In this document: piece after piece, positions 12,215 through 24,615 of the stretch
Position numbering within the stretch: the first letter of the stretch is position 1
How the letters are laid out: each line of letters opens with the position of its first letter
DNA from: Azolla caroliniana
Taxonomy: Eukaryota; Plantae; Polypodiophyta
Assembly: GCA_043228905.1 (NCBI GenBank)
Contig: JBHGNT010000018.1
Location: 2,728,001-2,792,000, forward strand
Length of the DNA stretch: 64,000 nt
Direction: 5' to 3'
Made by a program: the position numbers and the translations under genes
The notes under the pieces: model-generated
Databases searched by the model: none
What the model was told of the DNA's origin: nothing
What the model saw: the letters and a program-made list of their open reading frames with translations, nothing else

Positions 12215-12650
12215 TGTCGTGGAGAAAACCGTCCCTAGGCGGAAACCGAGTATAACGTGCGTAAACCGGTCCTTACACGTGGGCACAAGTTTTGTTGTAT
12301 AGTACGTACATGGGTACAAGTCGGCTGAGGTGAAATCGTAGGTAACACGCTTTCATTAGGGAGAGAATCGAGGCGTATCCCTATCCGAAAGGACAAGGAA
12401 TAAACACGATGTAACGAGTGGTAATGGCCTCCCTCCTTGGGCTATAAAAGAGAGGGAGAGGTATTGTAAAATATATCGCGTTTTGTGGAGGACAAAGTGC
12501 TGCCGGATCGGAACCGAGCTCTTCTCATATGTCTTCTCCATAGTCGTTCTGTGCAGGTTTCGAGAGGCTGACTCTGCTCTGCGGAATGCCCGAGTGCTTT
12601 TGGCAGAGTCTCCATCTCGCGTTCTGTGTGTGTGTGTGTGTGTGTTTGTG
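12215..12650 (+). repeat. A 3' LTR, left part (ends in a (TG)n tract where C inserted)
   Basis: Starts TGTCGTGGAGAAAACC straight after the PPT, as in D. Confidence 0.85.
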
Positions 12651-13064
12651 TGTTGCCTCTCAGGAACACAGTCCGTGGTCAGTCCTTTGACCTAGACCCC
12701 AAGGTGGGTGTGGAACAACGAACAAAGCTTAAGCGTACTGCGTAAGGAGAGAACCTCTGTGATTCCTCCGTGTGTACGAGGAGACAGCTACAACCGACTC
12801 CTTATCACAGGTTGCACTTACGTACTACTACGCTTACGTATCCGAGACACAGACACTGAATTAGTCGCACCTATACACAGAAACTCAGAGAAGATAGTAT
12901 TTTATTATCAAGCGTTCCCTCCTTAAGAGGTTTTTTGCCCTTTATATATGCAGGGTCTAATTAGCCGTTCATGCTTACCGCGTGAACTGTTACATACGTT
13001 ACGCTTATATAGTTTCTTATTCCTACGCTTTTGGCCATCGGTTACTATTCTGCCGGACAACACC

Positions 13065-13081
13065 TGGCACGCCTGTGGGAC
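13065..13081 (-). promoter_or_regulatory. tRNA-3'-end-like motif GTCCCACAGGCGTGCCA in place of a PPT (C)
   Basis: Minus strand reads ..GGCGTGCCA-GG-TGTTGTCC (LTR start); no purine tract. Confidence 0.8.
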
Positions 13082-13109
13082 AGTGCCTTTGCAGGTCGGA
13101 CCCATCCCG

Positions 13110-16012
13110 TTAATCTTCTTCCAAAATGGCTCGGATGTTCGGCTCTATTATGGTGTCCTCGTCCGGAGTTGATGTAGGGCCCGTAGGTGCGTCGTGGTGC
13201 AGCTCTTCTGCTTGGTCAACCTGGTTTCTCCCAGAGTCGCCTTCGCCGTGTGCAGGTGGTCCGGGTACGGTGGGCTCTTCTTGAGTTAGTGGGCTGGGCT
13301 CCGCCGGTAGCGTGCTTGCAGTCAGCTGCAACTTAGCTTCTATTGTTACGTCCTCCACGGTGTTGGCCGTTTTTGTGTGTCCCTGGGCGTGGGGCGAGGA
13401 TTCCGCCTGGTCCGCACTATTTTCCGCATTTTCTGAAGATGGTGTGAGCTGGACTTCTTGTTGGTTAATGGTTTCGCTATCTGGTCCTGTGGGGAACTCC
13501 CGCTATTCTCCCCCGTTGTCCTCCCTGGTGATCGGGCTTGAGGTTCCTCTTCTTCGGCTGTGACCGGAATTGGTGTCCCGCTGGGTTCCTCATTCGTGTG
13601 CGTGTTGCCGGTTTGTGTGATCTGGTGAAATAGCTCCTCCTGACTTTGACCAAAATAATCTAGGAGTTGTGCGCGATAGTCTTGCGCTAGGTCCTCCCGT
13701 ACGGTCGCAATGCTCTCCTCGTTTAGCTTATAAAACCCGCGGTCGTCTTTCCGGCGGTTCTCCCAGTCCGCATGATACGTGTGCAATTCCGTTGCTTGGG
13801 TTGCCCACGCCATCCATCCTTTGTCCAGCGCCGTTTTCAATTGCGCTGTGAACCTTTCCCGGTTGGTCTGGAGAAGGATGCGCACGTTATCCGTGATGGC
13901 CTGGCAGCGGTTGCGTGCATCTTCCATCGACTTCTGGAGATTCGCGATTTCCTGCTGTTTAACGGCTGCCGCTTCCTCGTACGTGGCTTTCAGGCCCACC
14001 CACAGCTGGGATTCCTTTTCATGCTGTTCTTCTGATTTCCCCATTTCATTGTTTAGGCGGATTTCGAGTTGATGCCTTCTGTCTTGTTCGACTACCAACT
14101 GCTCATCGAACCATACCTTCTTTTTTTCTAATAAGACCTGAAGTCCCGCTATTGCCGCCTCTAATTTCTTCGCGTCCTCTCGTAATTGGGCGTTGTCTTC
14201 TTTTGTCCGGATGTGTTGGGCTACCTCCGTAGCTAGTTTCTCTTCAAGCGTTTTTACGGCCTTTCGTCCGTTAGCCCGTATCTCCTTTTCTCTGTCGGAG
14301 GATTGGCGTAGTTCTGCTCGAAGTTGGTCAATTTTGGATTCCGCTAGCTGCACGACCCTTTTTGCTTTTGAGGCGATGGCGGTCTGAGCCTCGATTTCTT
14401 CTTTGAGAGCGTTGATAACGTGGTTTGGTGGTGGGGTTTCGTGTTGCGCCGTAGTCGTGTGAGCTTCCAACTCCGTGATGCATGCGTTGGCCTTTTGTAG
14501 TTCGGCTTCCGTCAGTTTCACCTTCTTCCAGACATTCTTATTTTTTATGGCCATCTCCTTGGCGCCCGTGCTGACCTTTGCCAGTTCCCGATGGACTTCG
14601 ACTAGGGCCGTGTTTAAGGGTGGTATCTCCATCCCTACTCGCCGTACCCCGACGTTCCTCTGTCTGCTGACCTTGGCTAGCTGGTCCTCATTGTCCCTCT
14701 CCATTGATTGCGTTAGGGCGCGCTCTATCATCTGACATTCCGCATGCTCCTCGACCATTCGTTGGGCGGCTTTGACTTGTTGTGTTGCCAGGAACTCCAT
14801 GAGCTCGAAAGAGGTACCGAACTGCAAGAGGGTGCTGAATTCGTCGGCCGTATCCGGAATATCCAGATATGCCAAAACCTCACTTTTCGCCGTCAATACG
14901 GCTTTCCTTCATTGGGACTGAGTCGTAATAATCGGCCGCGGCTCCCGGATGATTTCGAAGGTGGTATTCGGCTCTACTGTTGCGGGGCCTTCGCCTGCGG
15001 TCGGTGCCTCCGGATCCGTGGGGGCGTTTTTTACCAACCCATGCCCATCTTTTCTGTCCAATCTGCGCCGTTTTGGTCTAGGGCTTTCCCGTCGTGCTTC
15101 GGTGTCTGGTTCTGGGGCTGCTTCCATGGGGTGTCTCGGCTGTTCCTCCTGCGTCGCCCGTGTGTCCGGTTGGTCGATAGGAGGTGTTGTCCTTGGGCCT
15201 GGTTGGGCCGGTTGGGGTTCCTCCTTCGACTCTAGGGCCGTTAACTCTGCTATCCTGCGTTTCGCGGAGCGGGCCGGGGCCGTGGGTTGGCTGGGCTGTG
15301 GTGCTGGCAGGCCTCGGGGTGGAAACAATACCGTAAGGTATTGTTGGATGATTGGCCTGAGCTTTTTGCCTGCTTGATACGTATGCAAGCCTTCCCTTAA
15401 CGCCGACCCTGTGATGACCCCCCAGTCGACTGTACGCCCTTCAAAGGTGTCGATAATGATGCCCGCCTTTTGTTTAGGCATCCCGTAAGCGTTGACATGG
15501 ACGCAGTCGACTTCCAGTAGGAACTTGGCAACTTCACAGAAGAAGGGATCCGGAATCTATTTTGTTCTATAGGCCTTGGCGGAGGATGAATATGGGCCAA
15601 AATACCGCTGCAGCGCCTCTGTAGGAGGTATTTCGAAATGTCTTTCGCCTAGTGAGGATAGGTCTAACTTCTTCCGAATGGAAGAGTTGGTGACAGTGTC
15701 GATATTAAGCCGCTTGGCGATGTCCATGGCGTCCAGGTGCGGAGGTGCTTCTGCGACCCGAATGTAACCATCCAGGCGCTTCTCCACGAGCCATCGTCGT
15801 AGGGCAGTAGAGATGAAGATCGGCATCGCCAAAGTAGGTTCGTGGAGAGGAGACGGGTAGCAGTGGTGAGTTGGAGCTCTGAGATATGATGGGGAAGAAG
15901 GTGAGGAGGAGTGATGGGAGCGCTGATAGCTAGACGATGTGTTTCTGCTTTGTGCAGAAAATCTTCTGTTTCCTTCTTTTTGTGGCTTAGGGTTCATTGG
16001 GCGGTGAGCCAT
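13110..16012 (-). pseudogene. C extra 3' ORF (globular N-terminal domain, low-complexity linker, coiled coil), broken into 4 pieces
   Basis: ORFs 15557-16012, 14909-15481, 13346-14896 and 13110-13358 are collinear with the G and B homologues. Confidence 0.78.
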
Positions 16013-16171
16013 CGTGGTGCCGCGTGTTCTTGAACTAGGAGTTTGTGCATGCCTTTAGTCGTTTTAATAGTCGCTATCTTCTCTTCTTCTTCTTCTTCTT
16101 CTTTTTTTTTTTTTCCGTAACGGTTATTTACACCCTATTTTTACATTATAGTACAAATGGGACAGTCCCTT

Positions 16172-19100
16172 TTACGCTGCTAGTTCTCTGGCTTTGTCTC
16201 GTTCGACGGTCAATGGGTTAGGTGGCGTAGGGCCCAGGTAAGGTTTGACCTGAAACCCATTCACTTTCTGCCATACTATTTCTCCAGCCAGCGTTCCTAG
16301 TTGCAACGTGCCCTGTTCCGCTCCGATTATGCAGTATGGGCCGGTCCAACGGAAACGTAGCTTTCCCGGCATCTGGCCCATGCGCGTTTGAAAAACTAGC
16401 ACGGCTCGGCCCACGGCGAACTCTTTTTCCCTTGCGCTCCGATGTCGATCGACAAACGCTTTACGCCGTCGTTGTTCCTCTTCCAACACAGCCATGCTGT
16501 GGACGCGTTTTTCCCCTAGTTCGAGGAGTTGGTAGAGCCATTCCTCCTCTGACTTGGCTTCTGATAATCGGTTCTGTACCTGAATGCGCAAACTAGGTAC
16601 CCGAAATTCAACCGACATCACAGCTTCTAGTCCAAACGCTAGCCGGAACGGTGTTGACTGTATGCTTGTTTTGTAACTAGTTCTGTACGCCCATAACGCA
16701 CTCTGGAGTTTGGTATCCCAATCCGTTCTATTTTCATTGACGGTTTTCTTCAAAATGGTCTGTAAAGTTTTGTTCGTGGATTCCGCTAATCCATTCGCAT
16801 GCGGGTAGTATGGCGTCCTCTTCTTGTGGACTACTGCGTAATGTTGTGTTAGTTCCCGAACCACCGTATTGAGAAAGTGGCTCCCCTGGTCACTGATGAG
16901 CTCAATCAGGCAGCCGAACCGGCACCAGATGTGCTCGTAAAGAAATTTGGTTGTGACGGCCGCCATATTTTCCCGTATTGCCTTTGCTTCTACCCATTTG
17001 GTACAGTAATCCGTGGCTACCAATATGTATTTGTTGCCCGTACGGGTTGCTGCTGGTGTGAAGGGCCCCACAAAATCCAATCCCCACTTTTGGAAGGGGT
17101 CCAACAGTAATACGGGTTGGTGTGGCATTCTTGCGTCCTCCACGGGCTGACCCATCCGATGGCACAAATCACACTTTCTACAATACTCGGATGTGTCCTT
17201 TTGCGTTGTTGGCCACCATAAGCCTACCTGCCATACTTTGCGGGCTGTCACGTTTCCCGCGTAATGGTCGCCGGCTGTGCCACAGTGTGCCTCCCGTAAA
17301 ACTGCTTCTTTTTCATCCTGACGGACTCCACGTTGCCAAATGCCGTCACTCCCTTTGTGATATAAATTCGCTTCGACCAGGCAGATGTGACGGCTTCAGA
17401 CGGCTAGTCGTTTCTTCTCGTCTGTGCGTAAATGTGGTGGAGGTAGTCCTGTAGTTAAAAAGTACGTCATTTCCATAAGACATCGATCCGGAAAGGTGGA
17501 TTCCGTTTTTTCTGCAAATGTCGCTACTCGCCAGATGTCGGCGTCCGGAAAATTGTCGTCGTCTTTCGGTACTGTTTCTCCATTCTCAAGTCTGCTCAAA
17601 AACTCCACCACTGCGTGTTGCGTCCCTGGCCGGTGCTGAATTACAAACTCGAATTCCTGGAGCAGCAACATCCACCGCGCCAATTTCCCTGTCAGGGCTT
17701 GTTTCTCCACCAAATACAATAATGCCGAATGATCCACGTGGAACGTGAATTTCCGTCCTAGTAAATAATGTCGGAATTTATTGATGCTATAGATCATCCC
17801 TAGCGCCTCCCGCTCTATTGTGGAATAGTTACGCTCTGCTATTGACAATTTCCGACTTGCGTAGTATACTGGCCTGTACCAGTTTGGTTCGGTGAGTTGC
17901 ATTAGCGCGCTTCCTATTGCTATGTCCGAGGCGTCGACGAACACGTGGAATGGCTTCGCCCAAACTGGAGGTTGTACGACGGGGGCCTGTGTGAGCATTA
18001 TCTTCAGTGCCTCATAGGCCTTATCCTCCGTTGCAGTCCATTGGAAAGGAGTCCGATGTACGACAGCGTGGCGTGGCGTGGCGAAGTCCGCCAAATACCA
18101 TATCATCCGACTATGCCACCGTATTTGGCCCAGAAACCGGCTAAGTGATTTGGCATTTGTCGGAGTTTTAGCTTGCGTAATAGCGGAGATCTTGTTTGGG
18201 TCGACCGCTATTCCTTCCTTGCTGACAATGTGGCCTAGGAGAGTTCCACTGGTCACGCCGAAGGCACATTTCGCGGGATTCAGGCTTAAGCGTGCGTTCC
18301 AAGCACAGACGTAAGTGCGAGAAATGGTCTTTTGTTCGCCCATATACCGCAAAATCATCTACAAAGGCTTGCATGAACGCCGGAATGTATTCCCCAAAGA
18401 TCTCTGTAATCGTTCGTTGGAATGTTGCCGGCGCTGTCTTTAGCCCGAACATCATGAAGACCGCCACATAGACTCCCCAGTCCGTGACAAATGTCGTCTT
18501 CTCCTGGTCCTCGGGGTGCATGCGTACTTGGCTATAGCCACTGAAGCCATCTAAGAAACTGTACATCTCATGGCCTGCAACAGCGTCCAGCACGCTATTG
18601 GTGAAGGGTAAGGGAAATGCGTCCGTAATGGTTACGGTGTTTAATTTCTGGTAATCCACGCATACCCGTATTTTGCCGTTTTTCTTTGGGACAACCACTA
18701 TCGGGCTAAGCCATGTCGCATGTTTCACTAGTCGTATGAACCCCGCCCTCAGCAGCTTGTCAATTTCTTCTTTCACGCGGGTCGTGTAATTGGGGTTCAT
18801 GCGGTAGCGGCGCTGCTGGACAGGTTTCGCGTCCGTTGCTAAATTGATCTTATGCTGATAGAATTTAGGATCTAAACCCTTCATGTCCTCGTGAGCCCAC
18901 GCGAACACATCTTTATATTCCGTGAGTGGTGCGATTATTGTGGTTCTCTGGTCCGGCCTCAATTCCTTTGCTATGGAGAGGAACCGGGGTTCCAATCCCG
19001 TACCCACATTCACTTCGTCGAGAGCGAAAGCGGTGACTCGTCGTGAAATCTCCATTTCCCTTTCGAAGGCCGCCTGTGCTCTGCTGAGTTCCAATTTGGA

Positions 19101-21390
19101 CTCTGGGTTTGGTTTGTACGGCTCTTCGTTCGGAACAATGACCGTAGTATATTCTCCCGCAGTTGCGATGACATCTATCTCGAACAACGGAATAATCCGA
19201 GGATGTTCGTCAAGGTACGCTTCCAATTCGGCATCCTCCACCCCAGCCAGCATATTGATGTCTTCCGCATACAACGGTGTTATCCCCTTAGGTTGTGGCA
19301 TGTTGCCTTCCGTAGGTACCCGAACCTTGGTGCGTCCATGCCGGAAACTGATACACTCATGTTGCCAGCTCTGCTTGATATTTGCTGTCCGAAGCCATGG
19401 TCTACCCAGAAGCACTGGGTATGCTCCTGGGGCGTCCAAAGCAAGGACGACCGCCGATATGTCGAAGCGGTGTCCGCCCACGATGATGCCTATTTTGCGA
19501 ATTAGCCCCAACGGTCGCACTGGTCAGGTATCTGCCATGTGAAGCCAGAATGGACACGCCTCCCATTCGGAAATGCCCAACTGTTCGCAAGTTTTCGCGC
19601 TAAGCACATTGACGCCTGAGCCGCCGTCGATTACACATCCAGGAACTTCCTGTCCGTGCAATATTACTGTAATGGCCGGGTTCTACTGAGCCACCACTGG
19701 TGGTCCCTCGCTGACGTCTATCAGGTTTGTGGCAACGCTCACCCCGGTCATGCCCACCACCTGTGCTTCCATGGTCTGGCTGAAACGTGGAACTAGCTGT
19801 AGCAGTTTTTCCATAGTTAGCGTGATTTCACAGCCCGCTAACACCTGCCAAATGGGGTTCGGCCCCGGTTTTTCGTTCTCTGTTCGCTTCATTGTGTTCG
19901 CGGACTCCTGCCTCATACGTTCCGTATTGGTCGCGTTTGCTTTTTCCACCCAGGCTTGGGCTTGTCGTCGTACCTCGTCCTACGCAGCCCAATCCGCCGT
20001 TTTCGTTTGCTGGCGTGTTGTGACTTGTTGCACCTCCGTCGTAATCGTGTTGACGGTGGGCCCCTTTCCCTTGCGTGTTGGGCATTGTGTGGCATAGTGT
20101 CCGGGTTGCTGACAAATAAAACAATGGATGCTTGATTCTCCCTTCTTAGCCCTAGGTGGAGTGTGCCATTCTCCGGGCGCTGCTTGCTCTTCGCGGTCCG
20201 GCCTCGTTTGTCGGGACGTACGCGGTGGCTGCTGTTGGTCCCGTCGTTGTTCCTGGTGCCGCTCATCCCCCGAGCTTTCGTCATAACGCCAGTGATCCCT
20301 ATATTGTTGAGGCTTACCCCGATAGCCATTGAAGCCGCCCCGTTTGATTGTCGGGCGTTGATGTTCGTATCGCCAACCCCCTTTGGCGTAACTCGGATAT
20401 CCACAATAATCCTCGTCCTTCGGGTCCTCCTCCTCGGACTCGTTGTGATTCCAACGATTCCGGTTGTACCTGTCCTCCCACGGGTTGCGATCCTTATACC
20501 GGGGTCGGTCTTCTTGCCTCCTTTGCTCCGCCCGGTGCGGTTGCCGCTGTGTGTCCATGCTGCGGACCGCGGGAGTGGCTCTGTTTAACATATTGTACTC
20601 GCATTGGTCGACTGTGTGAACCTTTGAGTGGCAGATTGGGCAATGGATTCGCATATTGCACTCCACCGCGGAATGCCCTGAGTTCAAGCAAATCGTGCAC
20701 TGGATTGCCTGACGAAATTGGCGTTCCTCATCCTCAGGTAACGCTTGTCGTAAGGATGACATCGAAAACCTCTCCTCCTTGTCATCCAACTCGAGCTGTA
20801 ACACTTGTTCAATCACCATATCCATCGTTTCCCCTTCCATCGTCTCGGTCGGTAGTTGCATAATTGTATAAAACTGCCCGAGAATCTCGCGTTGTGGAAC
20901 CCTCCGGTGGAAGAATCGCAAGAAGGCGGACTGTAGCTGATCGAAGGTTGTTATGGCTGGTAAATCCATCTGTGAATGCTAGAACGCCGCACTCCCATCT
21001 AATGTTAATCCGAACTCCGTCATTTTCGACTGGTGTGCCACCGTCTCGGAAAGGTTCTGCGCCATGTGGTTCGCATTCCAAACATTCAAGAACATGCGAA
21101 TATGAGTTGCGGTGTCGGTTTCGCCGTTAAAGCGGGGGTAGGCAAAGGCCATCGTGGGAGCTACGGCAGATCGGAAAAGGTCACCGGGTGGCTGCGGTAA
21201 GCGTGGTCCCCTCGCCTCATCGAGGTATTTGGGGAGCAAGGAATCCCCTTTGCACTCCTAGCAGGTATTACTGAGGTCGCCGATGTGCGGCTTTTGTCGG
21301 GCGCGTTCTTCTACCTGGCGTGTGATGGACCTTGTTATTGGCCGGTCTTGTCTTGTTGGTTCTCTGGGTCGTCTGCGGCTAAACATCCAT
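16172..21390 (-). pseudogene. pol: C gag-PR-RT-RH-INT polyprotein with stops and frameshifts
   Basis: Three Zn knuckles; RT RVCVDY..SFLDGFSGY..FVDD; RH VFVDASD; INT WGLDFVGP..ISDQG..AESTNK; WTGPY; no chromodomain. Confidence 0.93.
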
Positions 21391-22448
21391 TCGTTGTTGC
21401 TCGTCTATGAGGAAACACAGATCACCAAGCGTGCCAAAAGTGTTGCCTCTCAAGAACACGGTCCGTGGTCAATCCTTCGACCTAGACCCCAAGGTGGGTG
21501 TGGAACAACGAACAGAGCTTAAGCGTGCTGCGTAAGGAGAGAACCTCTGTGATTCCTCCGTGTGTACGAGGAGATGGCTACAACCAACTCCTTATCACAA
21601 GTTGCACTTACGTTGTCGTGAAGAAAACCGTCCATAGGCGGAATCGGCGCACCAAGGCGTGGGAACCGGTTCTTCACGCGCGCACGCTCCGAGTTGTACA
21701 TAGAAACGAATTGAGAGGATAATCGGCAGGAACGGGCCCTAACTCAAGTGGAGACAAAGACCGCGCGAACAGTCTTTTCGGTCGCGCGCGCGAACTGTAC
21801 GAGTCGGCGGCGTAACTACGCGGATCCGTGAAAAACGGAGCGGATCCCTGTCCAAAAGGGACAGGGAATAAAGCTGACACAACGGCCTGTTCGTCGGCCT
21901 ATATAAGGAGCGGGAAAGAGCTGTTGCAGGGATCTCGCGCGGAGAGGACGAAGTGCTGCCGAACCGATTTCGGAGCTTCTCTCTCACTCCTGCTTTCTCT
22001 GTCTTCTGCTCCATCGCGTACCCGTGCAGGTTTCGAGGAGGCTTGCGCTGTTCCGTGGAACGCCCCGAGTGCGTCCTGCGGCACCTCCGACCTGTTTTAC
22101 CTTTCTGTGCGTCGCGACATACAGGGGTCGGCAGCTGTTCGCCGCCCTGTTCGTTTTCGTTAGTATCTATTTTGTGCCCCACCGTGGGTTGTAATACTTT
22201 AGTCTGCTATTTTTCTTGTATTCATAAGTACATATCTTTCGTTGTTGCGTCCATCTGCGTCGGCGTTTATTTGTGGTCTCTGTTTGTTGGGCCGTGTCCC
22301 TGTGCAATTGCCGGTTCTGCGCAATCGGATCTTCGGTTCTGTGTAATCGGGTCTCTCTCTCTTACTCCTCTCTCTCTTGCTCTTCGGTCCAAGACCCCCG
22401 TGGTCCCTCCTCCTTTCTACACGCAAGGGCGTAGTAACCCCGACATCT

Positions 22449-22466
22449 TGGTGAACCCGACGTGAA
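22449..22466 (+). promoter_or_regulatory. D primer-binding site TGGTGAACCCGACGTGAA (tRNA-Trp)
   Basis: 18 nt complementary to the recalled plant tRNA-Trp 3' end; identical in H (54821-54838). Confidence 0.85.
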
Positions 22467-24615
22467 AGAGGCGGCAGAAGAGCAGGAAATGAAGGGGGCG
22501 GATCTTGCAGAGGCCATGGCTTCGGCCGTGGATCGGATAGTAAGCGCGCGCGAGGGCACCGGCGCCCTCGATAGAGCTATTGAGGCGGTCGTCGGAACGA
22601 TCGGTCGATTCACCGGGAAGGATGCCACGAAGTACCTGGCGTCCTACGGTGCGGAAATGTTAATGCGGGACATTCCGGAAGACAGGCGCCTTGCCGGTTT
22701 TCCCCGAGTGGCGATGCCGAGCATCCACGCGGAGGTGCTCGAGGTGCGGGCGGAGAGCCGTACCTGGGAGGAGTTCGAAGGTCGGCTCCTGGAAAAATAC
22801 GGACTGGACGACGCGCTCCGGCTTTCGAAGCGAAGCTTCATGGAGTGGGTAGAGTCTCCCGGGAAAGGAAGGAATGCGTCGGCACTCCTCCGGGAGTTCG
22901 AGGAGAACTTCGCGCGCCTTTCGGCGCTTGACAGGATGGTCCTGGATACAAGCCGGGTCCTGCTGTTCGTCAAATCGGTTGACGAGAGGGATCGGAGTCA
23001 CGTGGGCGCCCTGCTAGAAACCGAAGACGGGCTGACAGCCGACTGGGCGGCGGTCAAGAGAGCCTGCGGCCGTTTCGACAAAAGGCGAGAATGGGAGGAT
23101 GACAGAGCAGCCGGGTCGGGCTCAGTCGCGGCGAGGAAACTCGAGCCGGCGCAGCCGGTGCGAAGGGAAGAGACTCGGGAGTGGCTGGAATCCGGTTCAT
23201 CCCCGACCGGCGGGATCAGAGGCTCGACTGGAGGAGCTGCGTTGGAGGAACTGACGAGGGCGATAAAAGACCTCCAAATCGCACAAACCCGCAGAGAAGG
23301 CGGAGAACCTGCTCGTGACCGACGGCCGGCAGCAGGGAACAGGTGCATGTGGTGCGACGGGGTCGGCCACATCCGAAAAGACTGCGGCGATTTCGCAGAG
23401 GCGCTGAAGAACCGGGTGGTGTACCTATGGGAAGGCCGGGTTCACGCCAACGACACGAGAAGGGCCCTAAACCGAAACGACGGGCAAGGCGGAATGAAGA
23501 GGTTGATGGAAGAGGCGGCGGCCCGACATGCGGAAACCGTCCACTACTCGGCGTCGGCCGGTATTCGAGTCGGGGGCGGCGAGGCCCGAAAGGAAAGCAA
23601 AGTCGGATTCTGGCCGACGATGCTGGAAGGCCTTGCCGGTGCAGGGCTTAAAAGGGAGGAATCGGACCGTGCGGAGAAACGGATACGGGAGATGACCGGG
23701 TGGAGCGACCCGGTCGAGGAAAAGACGGGCTTCGTGGAAGCCGCTTGCCGGAACTACGAGGCTCTGGTAGAAGAGAAGCGGGTGGGGAAAACCGGGACGA
23801 CCGGGCCCTCACAACGATACGAGACCCGGTCCGGGCCACGACGGGACGAAGCCGGCGGGGCCGGTACGCAAGATAAACCCCAGAAGGGCGGGTACCGTCT
23901 GGGGACGGAGATAGAAAGAACCACGGACTTACGAAAGGTCCTGGAGGAACGGATCCTCGACAGCAAGGTGGAGCTGTCGTTACGAGAGGTGCTGGGAATC
24001 GCCAAGAAGGAGTTCCATGACTCCATCGTGGACTTAGTGAAACGGAAGAGGCTGTCAACGGAGACAGAACCGGAAAGACCGGTGGAAGTGCGGACGACGC
24101 ACCTAGACGACATGGCGCTGGGAGACGAGTGGGCGGAAAGCCACTATTCGAGACCACACTGGGCCCGAGCGACCACAGAAACCCCGGTAAAGATCGGCGA
24201 TGTCCAGGAACCAGTGATAGCTTTGGTGGACCACGGATCGGAGATCAATTTGATGTCCATGGACTTCTATAAGAAGGGCAAATGGCCGATCAACACCAAG
24301 CACGGGTGGAAAATAAGGGCAGCAACGCGCGCCACCGAGGAACTGCACGGGGCCTGTCCGAATGTGCGAGTCAAGATCGGCGACGTCGAGATTGACCAGC
24401 ACTTCTTCGTGCAGGAGACGTCTTCGCATCCCGTCATACTGGGAGAGCCGTACATCACGGCGGCTCGAATGGAGACCAAGGTGCTGGACAACGGTTCGGC
24501 CTATGCGCGGGTCAAGAGCCAGGACGGGCGCCATTCGGTCCAGTTTTTGACGGTCAGGCCGAACCACGAGCGTAACCGCGACTCCCTCGGCTCCGATAAC
24601 CGAGAGGATTTTTAA
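22462..24615 (+). CDS. gag: D ORF1: Gag plus aspartic protease (first ATG ~22488)
   Basis: Knuckle CMWCDGVGHIRKDC; protease-like ALVDHGSEINLM..VILGEPY. Confidence 0.92.
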   Translation: MKEAAEEQEMKGADLAEAMASAVDRIVSAREGTGALDRAIEAVVGTIGRFTGKDATKYLASYGAEMLMRDIPEDRRLAGFPRVAMPSIHAEVLEVRAESRTWEEFEGRLLEKYGLDDALRLSKRSFMEWVESPGKGRNASALLREFEENFARLSALDRMVLDTSRVLLFVKSVDERDRSHVGALLETEDGLTADWAAVKRACGRFDKRREWEDDRAAGSGSVAARKLEPAQPVRREETREWLESGSSPTGGIRGSTGGAALEELTRAIKDLQIAQTRREGGEPARDRRPAAGNRCMWCDGVGHIRKDCGDFAEALKNRVVYLWEGRVHANDTRRALNRNDGQGGMKRLMEEAAARHAETVHYSASAGIRVGGGEARKESKVGFWPTMLEGLAGAGLKREESDRAEKRIREMTGWSDPVEEKTGFVEAACRNYEALVEEKRVGKTGTTGPSQRYETRSGPRRDEAGGAGTQDKPQKGGYRLGTEIERTTDLRKVLEERILDSKVELSLREVLGIAKKEFHDSIVDLVKRKRLSTETEPERPVEVRTTHLDDMALGDEWAESHYSRPHWARATTETPVKIGDVQEPVIALVDHGSEINLMSMDFYKKGKWPINTKHGWKIRAATRATEELHGACPNVRVKIGDVEIDQHFFVQETSSHPVILGEPYITAARMETKVLDNGSAYARVKSQDGRHSVQFLTVRPNHERNRDSLGSDNREDF

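Noticed and set aside
21674-22465. ORFs duplicated at 28235-29098
   Set aside because: Shadow ORFs of the identical D LTRs with no protein motifs
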